A stretch of 64,000 nucleotides of DNA, taken from contig OY970218.1 in NCBI GenBank assembly GCA_963713975.1, positions 1,600,001 through 1,664,000 of the forward strand, written 5' to 3'. The translations under genes and the position numbers were made by a program. This DNA comes from an uncultured Chloroflexia bacterium. GTDB lineage: Bacteria > Chloroflexota > Limnocylindria > Limnocylindrales > CSP1-4. Shown here one piece after another: positions 28,451 through 38,200 of the stretch. The notes beneath the pieces were generated by a model. The model was not told the origin of the DNA. It worked only from the letters and a program-made list of their open reading frames with translations, and searched no databases. Position 1 is the first letter of the stretch. Each line of letters begins with the position of its first letter.

Positions 28451-29293
28451 CTACTGGTTGACGGGGAGATCCAGGCGGGCACCCCAATCGGCCCAACCGC
28501 CGTCATAGACGGCGACGTCCTCGTGGCCCAGGATCGTGAGCACGTAGGCGAGCTTGGCCGCTGCGACGCCCGACTGGTCGTAGCAGACGAGGCGCCGGCC
28601 ACGCGTGATGTTGGCCTTGAGCAGCAATCCCCGCAGCTCGCCCGGATCCCGCAGCCGCTGGCTGCCGGGCACGTGGACCACCCCGACCGGGAGGTTGACG
28701 GCGCCGGGGATATGGCCGAGCCGCCGCACGTTGCCTTCGAAGCCCAGGTACTCGGCGGGACCACGGGCGTCGACGAGCAGGACGTCCGGTGCTCCCAGCA
28801 GGCCACGCACATCGGCTGTGGTCACGTGACGCCGTGCCTCCAGCCTCGGGGTGAACTGCCCGGCTGCCGCGGTGACGGGCGCCGCTTCGACGGGGAATCC
28901 GCCATCCGCCCAGGCCGGGTATCCGCCCTCAAGGATCCGGGCGGAATCGAACCCGTAGGCGCGGAGGCTCCACCACACCCGAGCGGCGTGGTAGGCAAGC
29001 GTGTCGTCGTAGAGGACCACGGTGGTGCCGTCCGTGATCCCGGCCGCCGCCATGGCCTCCGCCATGCGCTCCGGCGAGGCCAGGAGGAGCATCTCCGCGT
29101 CCGCGGTCGCCTCGACCGCCGAGGTCTGCCAGTCGAGGTGCACGGCGCCGGGCACATGCCCTGAGGCGTGCAGCGCCGCTGCCGTCCCGTCCGGGCGCCA
29201 GCGCACGTCCACCACCCGCAGGTCGGGCTGGGCGAGGTTCTCGGCCAGCCAGGCAGGTGTGGCGACCAGTTCGGGTTGGGCGAAATCGGCCAC
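28451..29293 (-). CDS. Two-domain rhodanese/SseA-like sulfurtransferase lacking the canonical catalytic Cys
   Basis: GHVPGAV, AARVWW, GHIPGAVN, VYDGGWADW; active-site loop reads YDQSGVAA. Confidence 0.88.
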   Translation of the reverse strand: MADFAQPELVATPAWLAENLAQPDLRVVDVRWRPDGTAAALHASGHVPGAVHLDWQTSAVEATADAEMLLLASPERMAEAMAAAGITDGTTVVLYDDTLAYHAARVWWSLRAYGFDSARILEGGYPAWADGGFPVEAAPVTAAAGQFTPRLEARRHVTTADVRGLLGAPDVLLVDARGPAEYLGFEGNVRRLGHIPGAVNLPVGVVHVPGSQRLRDPGELRGLLLKANITRGRRLVCYDQSGVAAAKLAYVLTILGHEDVAVYDGGWADWGARLDLPVNQ

Positions 29294-29342
29294 GCGGTCT
29301 CCGGTGAACAGGAGCGACGGCCCCCACGGATATCATACGAGC

Positions 29343-30596
29343 GTGGTATCCCCTTTCATGCCCGACTCCGAGAAGGTCGCCGCCGTCCGGCGCCTGCTGC
29401 CGGCCACGGGCTCCGGCATCTACCTCAACGCCGGCACCTGCGGTCCCCTCCCCGCGGAAACGCAGCGGGCGATGGACGAGCAGGCCGCGAGCGAGCTCGC
29501 GGTTGGACGTGCCGCCGCAGACCAGTGGCTGGCCTTCAGGGAGCGGATGGCCGAGGCCCGTGCCTCGGTCGCGGCCACCCTCGTGGCTGACCCCGACGAC
29601 ATCGCCCTGACGCACTCCACGACCGACGGCATCAACCTCGTCCTCTCGTCCCTGCCGTGGGCTGCCGGCGACCGGGTCGTCACCACGAACCACGAGCACC
29701 CCGGCGTGCTCGGACCGCTGCAGGCGCTCCGCGACCGGATCGGGGTGGAGGTCCAGACCATCGACATCGGTGACGGTGGGGATGCGGACCGGACCCTGGC
29801 CGGCTTCCGCGCAGCCCTCGAGCGACCGGCCCGTGCCGTCGTGGCCAGCCACGTCCTGTGGACGACCGGCGCCGTGCTTCCCGTCGGCCGCCTCGGGTCG
29901 CTGGCGCGCGAGGCCGGCGCGGTCTCGATCGTGGATGGGGCGCAGTCGGCCGGCGCGATCCCGGTGACCCTCGACGACCTGGACGTGGACGCCTACGCGG
30001 TGCCCGGCCAGAAGTGGCTCCTGGGCCCGGAGGGCACCGGCGCGCTGTGGGTGCGCCGCTCGTTCGCGGATGCGACGGTCCCCTCGACTGCCGGCTACCT
30101 GGCCTACTCGACGTTCGACATGGTGAAGGGCGGCACGCTCCATGCCGGCGCACGCCGGTTCGAGGCGACCGGGTTCCACCGGCCGTCGGTGATCGGCCTC
30201 GCTCGCAGCTGCGGCTGGCTGACGATGTACGTGGGGCTGCCGTGGGCGCTGGAGCGGGCCGGCCACCTCGCCTCCACTGCTTGGGAGCGGCTGGCTGCGA
30301 TCCCGGGCGTGCGCCTCGTGACGCCCCGGGGGTCCGGTGGCACGCTCGTGACGTTCCGCATCGAGGGCTGGACGGCCGCTGAGGCCGTCGGAGAGCTGGG
30401 ACCCCGCGTGTTCGCGATCATCCGGGACCTGCCGCCGATCAACGCGATCCGGATCTCGGTGGGGTTCTGGAACACGGAGGAGGAGCTCGAGCGCTTCGCG
30501 CAGGCTGTGGAGCTGCTGGCCCGCCACACGCCCGACACCCTCCCGCCGCGCAAGACGCTGACCGTCCTGGGGAGCGATGGGCAGCCCGTCTCCTGA
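29343..30596 (+). CDS. Class V PLP aminotransferase (cysteine desulfurase or L-cysteine/cystine lyase-like)
   Basis: IYLNAGTCGP, EHPG, DGAQSAG, PGQKWLLGPEG (PLP Lys), IRISVGFWN; start GTG 29343 or ATG 29358. Confidence 0.9.
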   Translation: MVSPFMPDSEKVAAVRRLLPATGSGIYLNAGTCGPLPAETQRAMDEQAASELAVGRAAADQWLAFRERMAEARASVAATLVADPDDIALTHSTTDGINLVLSSLPWAAGDRVVTTNHEHPGVLGPLQALRDRIGVEVQTIDIGDGGDADRTLAGFRAALERPARAVVASHVLWTTGAVLPVGRLGSLAREAGAVSIVDGAQSAGAIPVTLDDLDVDAYAVPGQKWLLGPEGTGALWVRRSFADATVPSTAGYLAYSTFDMVKGGTLHAGARRFEATGFHRPSVIGLARSCGWLTMYVGLPWALERAGHLASTAWERLAAIPGVRLVTPRGSGGTLVTFRIEGWTAAEAVGELGPRVFAIIRDLPPINAIRISVGFWNTEEELERFAQAVELLARHTPDTLPPRKTLTVLGSDGQPVS

Positions 30597-31017
30597 GGGT
30601 GCGGCCGGCGGCCCGGCCCGGCGAGAGGTCAGGCAGCGCGGCTTCTTCGAGGTCCGATGGCGCCAGTTCCGGCGCGCCCCGCGCCCTGTCGTCCGTGCGG
30701 TTGCGAGCAGCCTGATCGTCGCGCTCGTGCTGGGCGTGCTGTTTCTCGTCTACGACCTCGCGCTGGACGGGGGAGCGGACCTTCCCGGCGGCGACCTGCG
30801 GCTCGGCTTCCTCGCCCTGTACGTGGTCCTCGTCCTCGTCGTTGGCGCGGTCGTGACCTGGCTGGTAGTGCCCCTTCCGGGTGGCGCCGGGCCAGGTGCG
30901 GCCCGGCGGACGCGCACCCCCTGGAGTCTCGCCCTGGGCCTGTTCGCGGCCGTCCCGATCGCCTATCTTGTGCTCGTCGCGCTGCACGAGATCGTGAAGC
31001 CGCTGCTCGCCCGGTGA
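30577..31017 (+). CDS. Hypothetical membrane protein (about 3 TM)
   Basis: Hydrophobic segments; overlaps the upstream stop. Confidence 0.7.
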   Translation: MGSPSPEGAAGGPARREVRQRGFFEVRWRQFRRAPRPVVRAVASSLIVALVLGVLFLVYDLALDGGADLPGGDLRLGFLALYVVLVLVVGAVVTWLVVPLPGGAGPGAARRTRTPWSLALGLFAAVPIAYLVLVALHEIVKPLLAR

Positions 31018-31088
31018 CCCGCACGACGTGCCGTCCTTGGCTATGATCGAACCGGTCGCTCGACCGAACCACTGCCGAGGATGACCGG

Positions 31089-31367
31089 GTGAACGAAGAT
31101 CGCGGGATCGGCGCGATGCCGAAGCTGTACGGGGCGCCGGCGTATGCCAGGCCCCCGGCGTTGCCCGTCAATCCCGTCGACCGGCCCTTCGACCCGGACG
31201 ACCTGCCCCTCGAGGCGCACCTGACCAGCGAGGAGCGGGAGGTCGCCGGCGTTCTCGAACCCCGGTCATACGAGACCACGGCCTCGACGGAGGCCGCCCC
31301 TGCCGATTCGACGGGCACGATGACGATTCTCGGACGCCCGTTCCGGCTCCGGCTTCCCGGCCGGTAG
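31089..31367 (+). CDS. Small hypothetical protein
   Basis: LYGAPAYARPP...RPFDPDDLPLE; -10-like GAGGAT 6 nt before GTG. Confidence 0.65.
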   Translation: MNEDRGIGAMPKLYGAPAYARPPALPVNPVDRPFDPDDLPLEAHLTSEEREVAGVLEPRSYETTASTEAAPADSTGTMTILGRPFRLRLPGR

Positions 31368-31403
31368 GATGGACACCGGCGAAGGCCGGGATCGTCGCTC
31401 CGT

Positions 31404-31480
31404 GGGGGAGTAGCTCAATCGGTTAGAGCGGCGGGCTTATATCCCGCTGGTTCCAGGTTCGAGTCCTGGCTCCCCTACCA
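31404..31480 (+). tRNA. tRNA-Ile (anticodon UAU)
   Basis: Full cloverleaf: acceptor GGGGGAG/CTCCCCT, D stem GCTC/GAGC, anticodon stem GCGGG/CCCGC with loop CT-TAT-AT, T arm CCAGG-TTCGAGT-CCTGG, discriminator A, encoded CCA. Confidence 0.95.
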
Positions 31481-31512
31481 CCGCCCGGCGTCACGGGGAA
31501 CGCCCGCGGGCG

Positions 31513-32271
31513 TCAGCGCGCCGCGGCTGTGGCTCGCACGAGCTCCGCGATGAGCTCCCGCCGCTCGGGCGTGAGTCCACGCTGTGTCGGCAGGGCCTCG
31601 AGCCAGCCGGCCAGGTCCCCGGGCGCGATGACGGCGCAGGTGGCTGAGCGTTCCACGCGTTGATCGTCGGTGACCAGGGCGGCATACACGCGAACCAGGA
31701 AGTCGCGGTCGTCGGCCGCCAGCCAGCTGCGAACTCGTTCGGCGTCCCGGGTGGCGCGCTGGACCGGGTCCTCGATGGGGACCCAGCGGTCCCGGTCGCC
31801 GCGGATCTCCCAGCGCGGCCCGACGTGGCGGGTGACCGTGGGCGGCGGCATATCCCCGAGCACCACGATCCCGAACGGCCCGAGCACCAGCTCGTGGATC
31901 CGCCGACCGCCGGGCATGATGAGATCGGTTGCCGCCAGGTGGTCGGCGCCCAGCGCCGAGGCGAGGTGCGGGGTCACCCGGCGGGGACCGGAGGCGCCCA
32001 GGCGCTCGAAGATCGAGATGAACCGGGCCACGCCCATGATGAGGAAGGCCGCGGGCACCACGATCGCGAAGCCCCACACGAGGATCCCGACCGCGGTCTC
32101 CATTGCGCTCGGCCGGCCCGTTGGGATGAAGCTTCTGACGAGGGGGGTCGCCAGGCACAGCCAGGCAAGCGCCACACCTGCAAGGAGCAGGAGCACCGCG
32201 CTCAGAAGGGAGCGCGCGACAGCGACGCGAACGGCAAGGCTGCCGGACCCGGGGACGGCGATGACCTGCAT
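31513..32271 (-). CDS. Membrane protein with degenerate NERD-like cytoplasmic domain
   Basis: Two N-terminal TMs, then IHELVLGPFGIVVL and DPVQRATRDAERVRSWL, resembling NERD without the catalytic residues. Confidence 0.7.
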   Translation of the reverse strand: MQVIAVPGSGSLAVRVAVARSLLSAVLLLLAGVALAWLCLATPLVRSFIPTGRPSAMETAVGILVWGFAIVVPAAFLIMGVARFISIFERLGASGPRRVTPHLASALGADHLAATDLIMPGGRRIHELVLGPFGIVVLGDMPPPTVTRHVGPRWEIRGDRDRWVPIEDPVQRATRDAERVRSWLAADDRDFLVRVYAALVTDDQRVERSATCAVIAPGDLAGWLEALPTQRGLTPERRELIAELVRATAAAR

Positions 32272-32571
32272 GCCCGCATCGTCGCGGACCGGCGAGTCTG
32301 AGGGTCATGGCCAAATTCGGCTACGTAGGATGGGGCGTCCGTCTCCGCCACCGCTCCGCAGCCGACCAGACCCCACTGCAGGCGGTGCTCGAGCGCACCG
32401 GAATCGATGGAGACGATGCCCGTCGGCGCGTCGGGCGAGCGTCGGGCACCCGGCGGTCCCTCCCCGGGCGAGGACCCCCGTACCATAGCGTCGCGCCCGC
32501 GCGATCGGGATGCTCGCCCCTGACCCCTCCTGCGTAGGGGGACCCAGGAGGCGCAAGCCCCCGTGATGCAC

Positions 32572-34224
32572 ATGGCGCGGCAAACACAGCGTCCCTGGAC
32601 ATTCCAGGCCAAGCGCCCGTTCGGGGCGCTCCTCGCCGCGCTCGTTCTGGTCTCCCTGACGGTGCTTCCGGCGACTGCCGCGACCAGCGTGATCCTCCTG
32701 TCCCGGCAGGACGCGAGCCCCAGCTCGGGAACACCGACCACGCCCGTCACGTTCACGGTCATGTACAGGAATTCGTTGGGCCTGGCACCTACCTACGTGC
32801 GCGTCGCAGTTGCCGGCGACACGCTCCAGATGTCGCCCGAAAGCCAGGACTGGACGCAACGGGTCCGTTTCACGGTCACGGCCAAGCTTCCTGTCGGCAC
32901 GTGGACGCCGGAGTTCTCAGCGGCCGACGGCAATGGAGCCTCCCGGAGCGTGACCGGTCCCAAGGTCACCATCGCGGCTGCTCCCACCCCGACACCCAAG
33001 CCGACACCCACCCCGACACCCAAGCCGACGCCCACCCCGACACCCAAGCCGACACCCACCCCCACCGCGAAGCCGACACCCACCCCCACCGCGAAGCCGA
33101 CACCCAAGCCGACGCCAGCACCCACAGCGAAGCCGACACCCAAGCCGACCGCGAAGCCGACGCCCAAGCCAACCGCAAAGGCCACGGCTGCGCCCACCGC
33201 GAAACCTCGAGGGGCCGCAACGCCTGCGCCCGCAGCGACCAGGAAGCCGACCTCGACGGCAACCCCGACGCCCACCGCGACGACGTCGGGCGCGGCGCCG
33301 TCGCCGGCGACCACCAACCCGGCGCCCAGCCCCGAGCCTACTGCCTCCGCCGAGCCCGGCGTCGCCCTGGTCGTGCCGGGTGACGGGTCGGGTGGCAGCG
33401 GCACGGGGGGCTCCGGTGGCACCGGCTCCGTCGAGCATGCTCGTGGGACCGGCCCCGTCAACGATGGCGGGACGCCTGCGAGCGGCTCGCTGGGCGGCGA
33501 CGGCTCGCCGCTCGGTGCGGTCCTCGGCTTCATGCCGGTGATCGTGATCACGGTCGGAGGCGTTGCGATGCTGATGGCCTTCCTCCTGTTCGGGAAGCGC
33601 CGGCGTGACGGTGAGCCCACCGGGTCCGACGATGTCCTCGCGGCTTCGGCGGCACTCGGCATGAGCGTCGTTCCAGTGAACGCCGCCGGCCCCGCGCTGC
33701 CGGCCCCGTCTCCTGCCGCTCCCGTGATCGGCGCTGCCGCAGCTGCCTCGGCCGTCCAGGCCGCGGTCGCGATCGGCCCGGCTCCCCAGATCGACGGCCA
33801 CCTCCCGCGCTGGCGCCGGCCATCGCTCATGGAGGCCCGCAAGGCCGATCCGCTCCGGAGCGTGACGATCGATCCGCGGCTCACGTTCGACGGCGCTGTC
33901 GGAGACGCGGTGGGCGGTCTCGAGCGCCGGCGCATCCGTTACCGACTGGTCAGCCTGCTCGACCTCCCCGACGAGGTCCGGGGCGTGGAGATCGGCAACC
34001 TGGACCAGGGCGACGAGGTCGTGCTCATGGAGAAGCGCGGCACGTACTGGCGTGTCCTGTGTCCGGACGGCCGCGAAGGCTGGCTGCACAAGATGACGCT
34101 CGGCGCCGTCGTGTCCGACGCCGCCGAGACTGCCGGTGGCGCCGACGACGGTCCGCCGACGGGCGGCTTCGAGGACATGCTGCGTGCGTACACGGAGGGC
34201 CGGCACCAGTTCGGCGAGGCCTGA
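32572..34224 (+). CDS. Single-pass surface protein: signal peptide, Ig-like domain, Pro/Thr/Lys stalk, TM, C-terminal SH3-like domain
   Basis: Hydrophobic N-terminus ending ATA; PTPTPK repeats; TM followed by GKRRR; [29 protein letters not shown]. Confidence 0.8.
   Translation: MARQTQRPWTFQAKRPFGALLAALVLVSLTVLPATAATSVILLSRQDASPSSGTPTTPVTFTVMYRNSLGLAPTYVRVAVAGDTLQMSPESQDWTQRVRFTVTAKLPVGTWTPEFSAADGNGASRSVTGPKVTIAAAPTPTPKPTPTPTPKPTPTPTPKPTPTPTAKPTPTPTAKPTPKPTPAPTAKPTPKPTAKPTPKPTAKATAAPTAKPRGAATPAPAATRKPTSTATPTPTATTSGAAPSPATTNPAPSPEPTASAEPGVALVVPGDGSGGSGTGGSGGTGSVEHARGTGPVNDGGTPASGSLGGDGSPLGAVLGFMPVIVITVGGVAMLMAFLLFGKRRRDGEPTGSDDVLAASAALGMSVVPVNAAGPALPAPSPAAPVIGAAAAASAVQAAVAIGPAPQIDGHLPRWRRPSLMEARKADPLRSVTIDPRLTFDGAVGDAVGGLERRRIRYRLVSLLDLPDEVRGVEIGNLDQGDEVVLMEKRGTYWRVLCPDGREGWLHKMTLGAVVSDAAETAGGADDGPPTGGFEDMLRAYTEGRHQFGEA
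32983..33200 (+). repeat. Coding tandem repeat (18/12-bp units encoding [10 protein letters not shown])
   Basis: Repeated ccgacacccaccccgacacccaag-type units. Confidence 0.9.
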
Positions 34225-34256
34225 CAGGCGCTCGCAGGCAGGCACGGGGAGCCCGG

Positions 34257-35180
34257 CTACCCCCGGCGGCCGGTCGGGGGCTTCCGCAGGACCACGATGT
34301 GCTGGTGCGCGATGTTCGGCACGAAGCTGTGCGGATACCCGTACGGGCGAAGCCTGGTCCCGGCCTGGTACCAGGCGATGTCTCCCTTGGGCACGAGACC
34401 AGCCGCTGACGCTCGCGAGGCCAGGTCCGCCGCCGTGAACAGGTAGCGTCCCTCCTGGTAGGCGTCCCGGACGATCAAGACCGCATAGCGGCCCGGACGC
34501 AGCACCCGGTGGACCTCGCCCAGCACCTCGCCCATCGCGTCCAGGAACGCCGGGTAGTCCGGCAGGTTGGCGAGGTCGCCCGCCTCGTCGGAGACCATCG
34601 CGTAGTCCGTCCGGCGGTTCGCGTGGGTCTCGGCCAGTCGTCCGCCGGCCATCGTCATGCGCAGCTGGACGTTGTACGGCGGGTCCGTGGCCACGAGATC
34701 CACCGAGTCGGTGGCGATCCCGGGGAGGAGCAGCCGTGCATCACCGATGCGCATCTCGAGGCCCGACGGGTCGAAGCCCCGCTCACCGCCGGGATCGCTG
34801 GTGCCCAGGTCCGCAATGACGGGTCCCCGGCCATCGCGCTCCGCCTGCAGCGCCCCGACCGTCTCCCCGAACACGGCCGCCCACCGCGCGTCCAGCTCGA
34901 TACCGACGGCCCGGCGTGGGCCGCGGGCGATCGCAGCGCCCAGTAGCGTCCCACCGACACCCGCGAACGGATCGAGGACCACCTCCCCGGACTTCGTGAA
35001 GAACTCGATCAGACGGGCCATCAGCCTCGGTGGCTTGTTCGCGCCGTGCGCCTTGCGCAGGTCGTGACCAAGCTCGGACGGGTAGGCCGTGGTCCAGATG
35101 GACTTCGTGAAGTAGAGCCACTCCTCACCGGAGAGCTCGTTGAGGTCGTTTGCGGGGTGGGGAGGACGGCGGGGCTGCAC
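34257..35180 (-). CDS. Orphan N4-C/N6-A (amino) methyltransferase with permuted motif order
   Basis: HGANKPP..VLDPFAGVGGT (motifs X-I) precedes DLVATDPPY (motif IV) and LRPGRY. Confidence 0.85.
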   Translation of the reverse strand: MQPRRPPHPANDLNELSGEEWLYFTKSIWTTAYPSELGHDLRKAHGANKPPRLMARLIEFFTKSGEVVLDPFAGVGGTLLGAAIARGPRRAVGIELDARWAAVFGETVGALQAERDGRGPVIADLGTSDPGGERGFDPSGLEMRIGDARLLLPGIATDSVDLVATDPPYNVQLRMTMAGGRLAETHANRRTDYAMVSDEAGDLANLPDYPAFLDAMGEVLGEVHRVLRPGRYAVLIVRDAYQEGRYLFTAADLASRASAAGLVPKGDIAWYQAGTRLRPYGYPHSFVPNIAHQHIVVLRKPPTGRRG

Positions 35181-35232
35181 CGGGAACAGGGTAGCGGGGC
35201 GGGGGCCCGACGGGCGTCACTACAATGCGTTG

Positions 35233-38200
35233 ATGCCGGGAACAGTGACCAGTCACCGCTTCGTCGGGCGCGAGCCCGAGCTTGCGCGTATCCGCGATGC
35301 CCTCGCCTCGGCCGATGCGGGCGCCGCCACCACGGTGATCGTCGCAGGCAGTGCCGGCATCGGCGTAACCCGCCTCCTCGACGAGGCGATGGAGCGCGCG
35401 GCAGCCGCACCCTCCTCGCCGCTGATCCTGCGCGGCCGGTGTCACGGTCCGGCGGATCCGCCGTGGGCCGCCGTCCTGGAAGCCCTCGAGCCCGCCCTGG
35501 CCTCACGTCCGCCGGCGGAGGTTCGAGCGCTGCTGCGGCGCGACGCCGGCCCCATTCTCCGGCAGCTACCGTGGGTCGCGGCGCTGGGCGATGACCACCC
35601 GGGACCGCGCGAGAGCGCCCTCGCCGACCCGGAGCGCCGCCAGCCGCGCGCCATGGCCGTCCTCCTTCGATGGCTTGACCGGCTTGCGCTGGAACGGCCC
35701 GTGGTCCTCGTGCTCGAGGACCTGCACGTCGCGGATGCGTCGACCCGGGCATTCGCGACGTTCGTCGCCCGGATCGCGCGCGAGGAGCGGATTGCGCTCG
35801 TGCTGTCCTACCAGCCCGATCGCCTGACCCGGGATCACCCGTTGCGCGACAGCCTGGCGGTCATCGAGGGTGGCTTGCGGCGCCCGGTTCTCGTGGAGCT
35901 TGCGCCATTCGCGCGCCGAGAGGTCGCCGGGCTGATCGAGGCGATCGAGGGCGAACGCCCGTCGGCCTCCATCGTGGTGCTCGTGGCCGAGCGCTCGGCA
36001 GGGTCACCGCTCGTGATGGAGGAGCTGATCGCCGCGCGGCGCGAGCTCCGGACCGCGACGCTGACCGGGACGCTGGCGGATATCGTCGCCGCCCGCCTGG
36101 CCCGCCGATCGCCGGAGTGCCGCCGGCTGCTGCGGCTGCTGGCGCCTGCGGAGCGGCCGATCAGCGACGAGGAGCTGGCCGTTGCCGCGATGGCGCTCCG
36201 CGAGGAGGGCAATGCGCGTGGCCGGGCAGGCCTGGCGCCGCTGCCGCGGCGTGGGACGTACGGGCTGGAGCCGGCGCTGGCCGCCGGCCTTGCGGAGGCC
36301 ATCGAGCATGGCTTCGTACGGCGAGAGGCCAACGACCGCCTGGTGATCCGCCACGAGCTGGTCGGCCGCGCGATCGTGGCGGACCTCCTGCCGTCGCAGA
36401 CGCCCTGCTATCGAGCCGCCCTCGCGCGCGCCTTCGCCGATGTCCCTGCGGTGGCAGCCGCCTGCTGGTACAGCGCCCACCGGATGGACGAGGCCCGCGA
36501 GGCCGCGATCGCCGCTGCCCGCCTGGCGATGCGCCTGGAGGCACCCCAGGACGCCCTCTCGGTGCTGGAGCTTGGGCTCGAGCTGCCTGATCCCGCAGCA
36601 TCCGCCGAGGACGACACGGACGGTCGGGGCGCAGCCGATCCTGCGGAGCTCGCGCGCCTGGCGGCCGAGGCTGCCTATGCCGCGATGCGCCCGACGCGGG
36701 CGATCGCCTATGCGGAGAGTGCGCTCGAGATGCTCGGTGGACGCGGCGACCGGATGCAGCAGGCGGTGCTGGAGGCCCGCCTCGGCCGGTACCGGATGGT
36801 CTCGGGCGACCCCACGGGCGCGACGGCGGCCCTGCGTCGGGCGGCGGACCTGGCGCCCCGCGAGCCGTCCGTCGAACGGGCAAGGATCCTGGCCCTGCTG
36901 GCCCAGGAGCGGATGATCGCCGCCGCGTTCCGGGATGCGGAGCACGCCGCTGATGAGGCGCTGCTGGTGACCACCGAGGTTGGCGTGGAGGCGGAGCCCG
37001 AGGCCATCCACGCGATGACGACGCTGGCCGTTGTCCGCGGCTGGGGCGACGATCCGGAATCCGCGCTGCCGATCCTCCGCGACGCCGTGGCCCGCGCCCG
37101 TGCGGCCGGGCTGGTGGAGGAATGGTGGCGTGCGATCGCCAATATGGCCGTGATCCTGGAGCTGCTCGGCCGGCCCGGCGAGGCCGTGGACGTGACGTTC
37201 GAGGGAATGGCCGAGGCCCGCGAGCTCGACCTCGACGCGGTCTACGGGAACCTCCTCGGGGGCAACGTGGCGGGCATCCTCGTGGACGTCGGGCGCTGGA
37301 CGGAGGCCCGTGAGCTGAGCCTGCGGGCATTGGACTGGAGTCCCGCCGGAATCCCGTTCGTGAACGCGATCCTCAACCTGGTGATCGTCGAGATCGAGTC
37401 GGAGGCGGGCGAGGAGGCAGGCAGGCTCCTGGGCCAGATCCTGGTGGAGCTGGAGACCGGCGGCGACATCCAGTTCGCGATCCCCGCCTACCAGGCGACG
37501 GCGTCATACGCCATGTGGAGCGGCGATCTCGCGGATGCGCGCCGGGCGGTGGACCGGGGCTGGACCCGGCTGCGCGGCACCGAGGACTGGGTGACGGTCG
37601 CAAGGATGGCCGCCACGGCGATGGAGGTCGAGGCGGCAATCGTGGCCGATGCCCTTGAGCGCCGCCGGATCGGAGATGTCGCGGCTTCGCGGGAGCGCGC
37701 CGGGCGCATCCTGGGGGAGGCGGAGGCGGCGGTCGCCCGGGCCCGGTCCGAGGACGGTACCGGGACGGGCGAGCCCGAGGCGAGCCTGGCGACGGCACGC
37801 GCCTTCCACAGCCGCCTGACCGGGCGCGACGATCCAGCGCGCTGGGCCGACGTGGCCGATCGCTGGCATGTCATCGGCGACCCGTACCGTGAGGCTCGCG
37901 CCCGCTGGCGGCAGGCGGAATCGATCATGGGCGGTGCCATCGCGGGGCGCGGTGGCGCCCGGGATCGGACCGATGCCCGGCTGGTCCGTGCGGATGCCCG
38001 CGAGCCCCTCCTGGCGGCCGTGGCGCTGGCGATGGGCCTTGGTGCGAGACCGCTGCTCCGCCGCCTGCGCGAGCTGGCCGGCCGCGCTCTCATCCCCCTC
38101 CCTCCCGAGGTTGACGTCGTCCTGGAGCGCCCTGCAGTCGTTGCGGTCGACCCGCGGTCCCAGGTCATGCATGGACCGGTGCCGGACGCAGGCCCGGTCG

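Noticed and set aside
31404-31520. tRNA as the attachment site of an integrated element
   Set aside because: No integrase, no duplicated tRNA 3' end seen in the window, no obvious compositional break
32272-32571. Structured-looking intergenic region as an ncRNA
   Set aside because: Hairpins are expected at this GC content; no conserved RNA motif recognised
32983-33200. Regular tandem repeats as a non-coding array
   Set aside because: Fully explained as the in-frame Pro/Thr/Lys linker
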